A stretch of 64,000 bases of DNA from an uncultured Clostridia bacterium. Its GTDB lineage: Bacteria; Bacillota; Clostridia; Christensenellales; UBA1242. Below, piece after piece: positions 63,161 to 64,000 of this stretch (its first letter is position 1; every line of letters begins with the position of its first letter). The notes under the pieces were generated by a model that had not been told where the DNA came from, did no database searches, and saw only the letters and a program-made list of their open reading frames with translations. The position numbers and the translations under genes are program-made. Where the stretch lies: contig CALWPG010000005.1 in the NCBI GenBank assembly GCA_944383375.1, forward strand, positions 24,982 to 88,981, in the 5' to 3' direction.

Positions 63161-63312
63161 GAGATTCTTCGCTTCGCTCAGAATGACAGGAGTTGGTGTC
63201 ATTTCGAACACACCTTTTGTCATTTCGAGCGATAGCGAGAAATCTCAGAGATTCCTCGTCGTAAACTCCTCGGAATGACAGGAGTAGTATGTGCTTCGCT
63301 CCTCGGAATGAC
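63161..63312. repeat. Palindromic intergenic repeat cluster 4
   Basis: GAGATTCTTCGCTTCGCTCAGAATGAC; GTCATTTCGAACACACC (partial); GTCATTTCGAGCGATAGCGAGAAATCTC (63219-63246) directly followed by GAGATTCCTCGTCGTAAACTCCTCGGAATGAC (63248-63279); and partial GCTTCGCTCCTCGGAATGAC. Confidence 0.85.
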
Positions 63313-63328
63313 ATGGCCCAAAGCATCA

Positions 63329-63859
63329 TCATTCTTCTTCAAAAACTAAATTGCTTGCATTCTCAAGTGTTGTGGCAAGTTTTTCTTCTGCATCGTCAAT
63401 AAGTGGCATGATTTGTGCAGTTTTTTTGTCCACCCATTTTTTGTAAATTGGATAGTTGATTGCGCAAAGGGCAAGTCCCACAACCCCCAAAACTATACCC
63501 ACAACAAGCATAGTTGTGCTTTGAGGATTTACCATGACCATACTCATTCCACCACCCAAAATCAAAACTGATATAATGCCAAAGATATATGAGAATATAC
63601 TTGGAGCATTTTTTTGAGAGTTTTCAAGGTGTTTAATTTGAGAGTAATTTTCCTCTGCTTTTCGTTGAAGTTTATTTACTTCATTTTTGTGTCTCAATTT
63701 CCTATCACGCTTGAAAGATATTGTAACTCCTTCTGAAAGTGTTGGTTTGATGTCGGTAACTTCCCAACCAAAAGCTTCATAAATGTCCACAAGACGAGTT
63801 TGCTCACTGGCTTTGCCAGTTTTTGACATGTATTCATATGTTATAAAATCTTTTTCCAT
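63329..63859 (-). CDS. Membrane protein (soluble N-terminal domain plus two TM helices), unknown function
   Basis: 176-aa ORF behind AAAGGAGAAAATT. Two TM segments (IFSYIFGIISVLILGGGMSMV, MLVVGIVLGVVGLALCAI). Confidence 0.6.
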   Translation of the reverse strand: MEKDFITYEYMSKTGKASEQTRLVDIYEAFGWEVTDIKPTLSEGVTISFKRDRKLRHKNEVNKLQRKAEENYSQIKHLENSQKNAPSIFSYIFGIISVLILGGGMSMVMVNPQSTTMLVVGIVLGVVGLALCAINYPIYKKWVDKKTAQIMPLIDDAEEKLATTLENASNLVFEEE

Positions 63860-63879
63860 AATTTTCTCCTTTTTGTCTG

Positions 63880-63905
63880 GTCAAATGTTGTGCACCACAT
63901 TTGAC
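63880..63905 (-). promoter_or_regulatory. Perfect 9-bp inverted repeat in the 5' leader of c(63329..63859)
   Basis: GTCAAATGT-n8-ACATTTGAC, lying between a TTGAAA-17-TATTAT promoter (minus strand, about 63925-63953) and the RBS. Confidence 0.4.
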
Positions 63906-64000
63906 TTATTTTAAAGACATTTGTATAATACTTTCAAAAGGAATAAATTTCAACACATCAAACTTGCTTTGAAATAAAATGCCAAAAATGTCCGCAAATT

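Noticed and set aside
63039-63332. 97-aa minus-strand ORF (MMMLWAMSFRGAKHILLLSFRGVYDEESLRFLAIARNDK...CHSERSEESL)
   Set aside because: It lies entirely within palindromic repeat cluster 4 and its terminator. The peptide is simply the repeat units read through in frame. There is no RBS. The same kinds of peptide arise wherever the repeat occurs.

Overview
AT-rich (by eye about one-third G+C, not computed) chromosomal segment from a low-GC Firmicutes/Clostridia-like bacterium. It is densely coded and mostly housekeeping. Recognised genes: lysS, aspS, glyQS and thrS (the last with a Thr T-box leader), ftsH, tilS, mnmA, dapF plus dapL, addA/addB, greA, uppP, an rmlA-like gene, an ABC-F ATPase, a nrnA-like DHH phosphoesterase, rubrerythrin, Hsp20, a Ca-type P-type ATPase, a TetR plus MacB-like ABC exporter, one tRNA-Glu(CUC), and a canonical SCIFF ranthipeptide precursor with its radical-SAM maturase. 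I found no rRNA, CRISPR array, transposase or integrase. Observations worth a second look: (1) a 930-aa membrane-anchored protein with eight perfect RGRPRK AT-hooks directly downstream of addAB; (2) a family of nested palindromic intergenic repeats (core GTCATTYCGAG...CGAGRAATCTC) in five clusters, four of them lying between a stop codon and the terminator; (3) an orphan Ku gene co-transcribed with a 601-aa coiled-coil/beta-rich protein from its own promoter, with no ligD in the window; (4) a tightly coupled AAA+ ATPase / 135-aa protein / HExxH (DUF2201_N-like) trio behind two WG-repeat genes, with a second WG-repeat pair 50 kb away sharing a private C-terminal module; (5) an XRE-HTH gene overlapping a truncated RelA/SpoT homolog whose synthetase motifs look degenerate; (6) a frameshifted lipoprotein gene. 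All functional calls come from reading motifs by eye; no database search was run.
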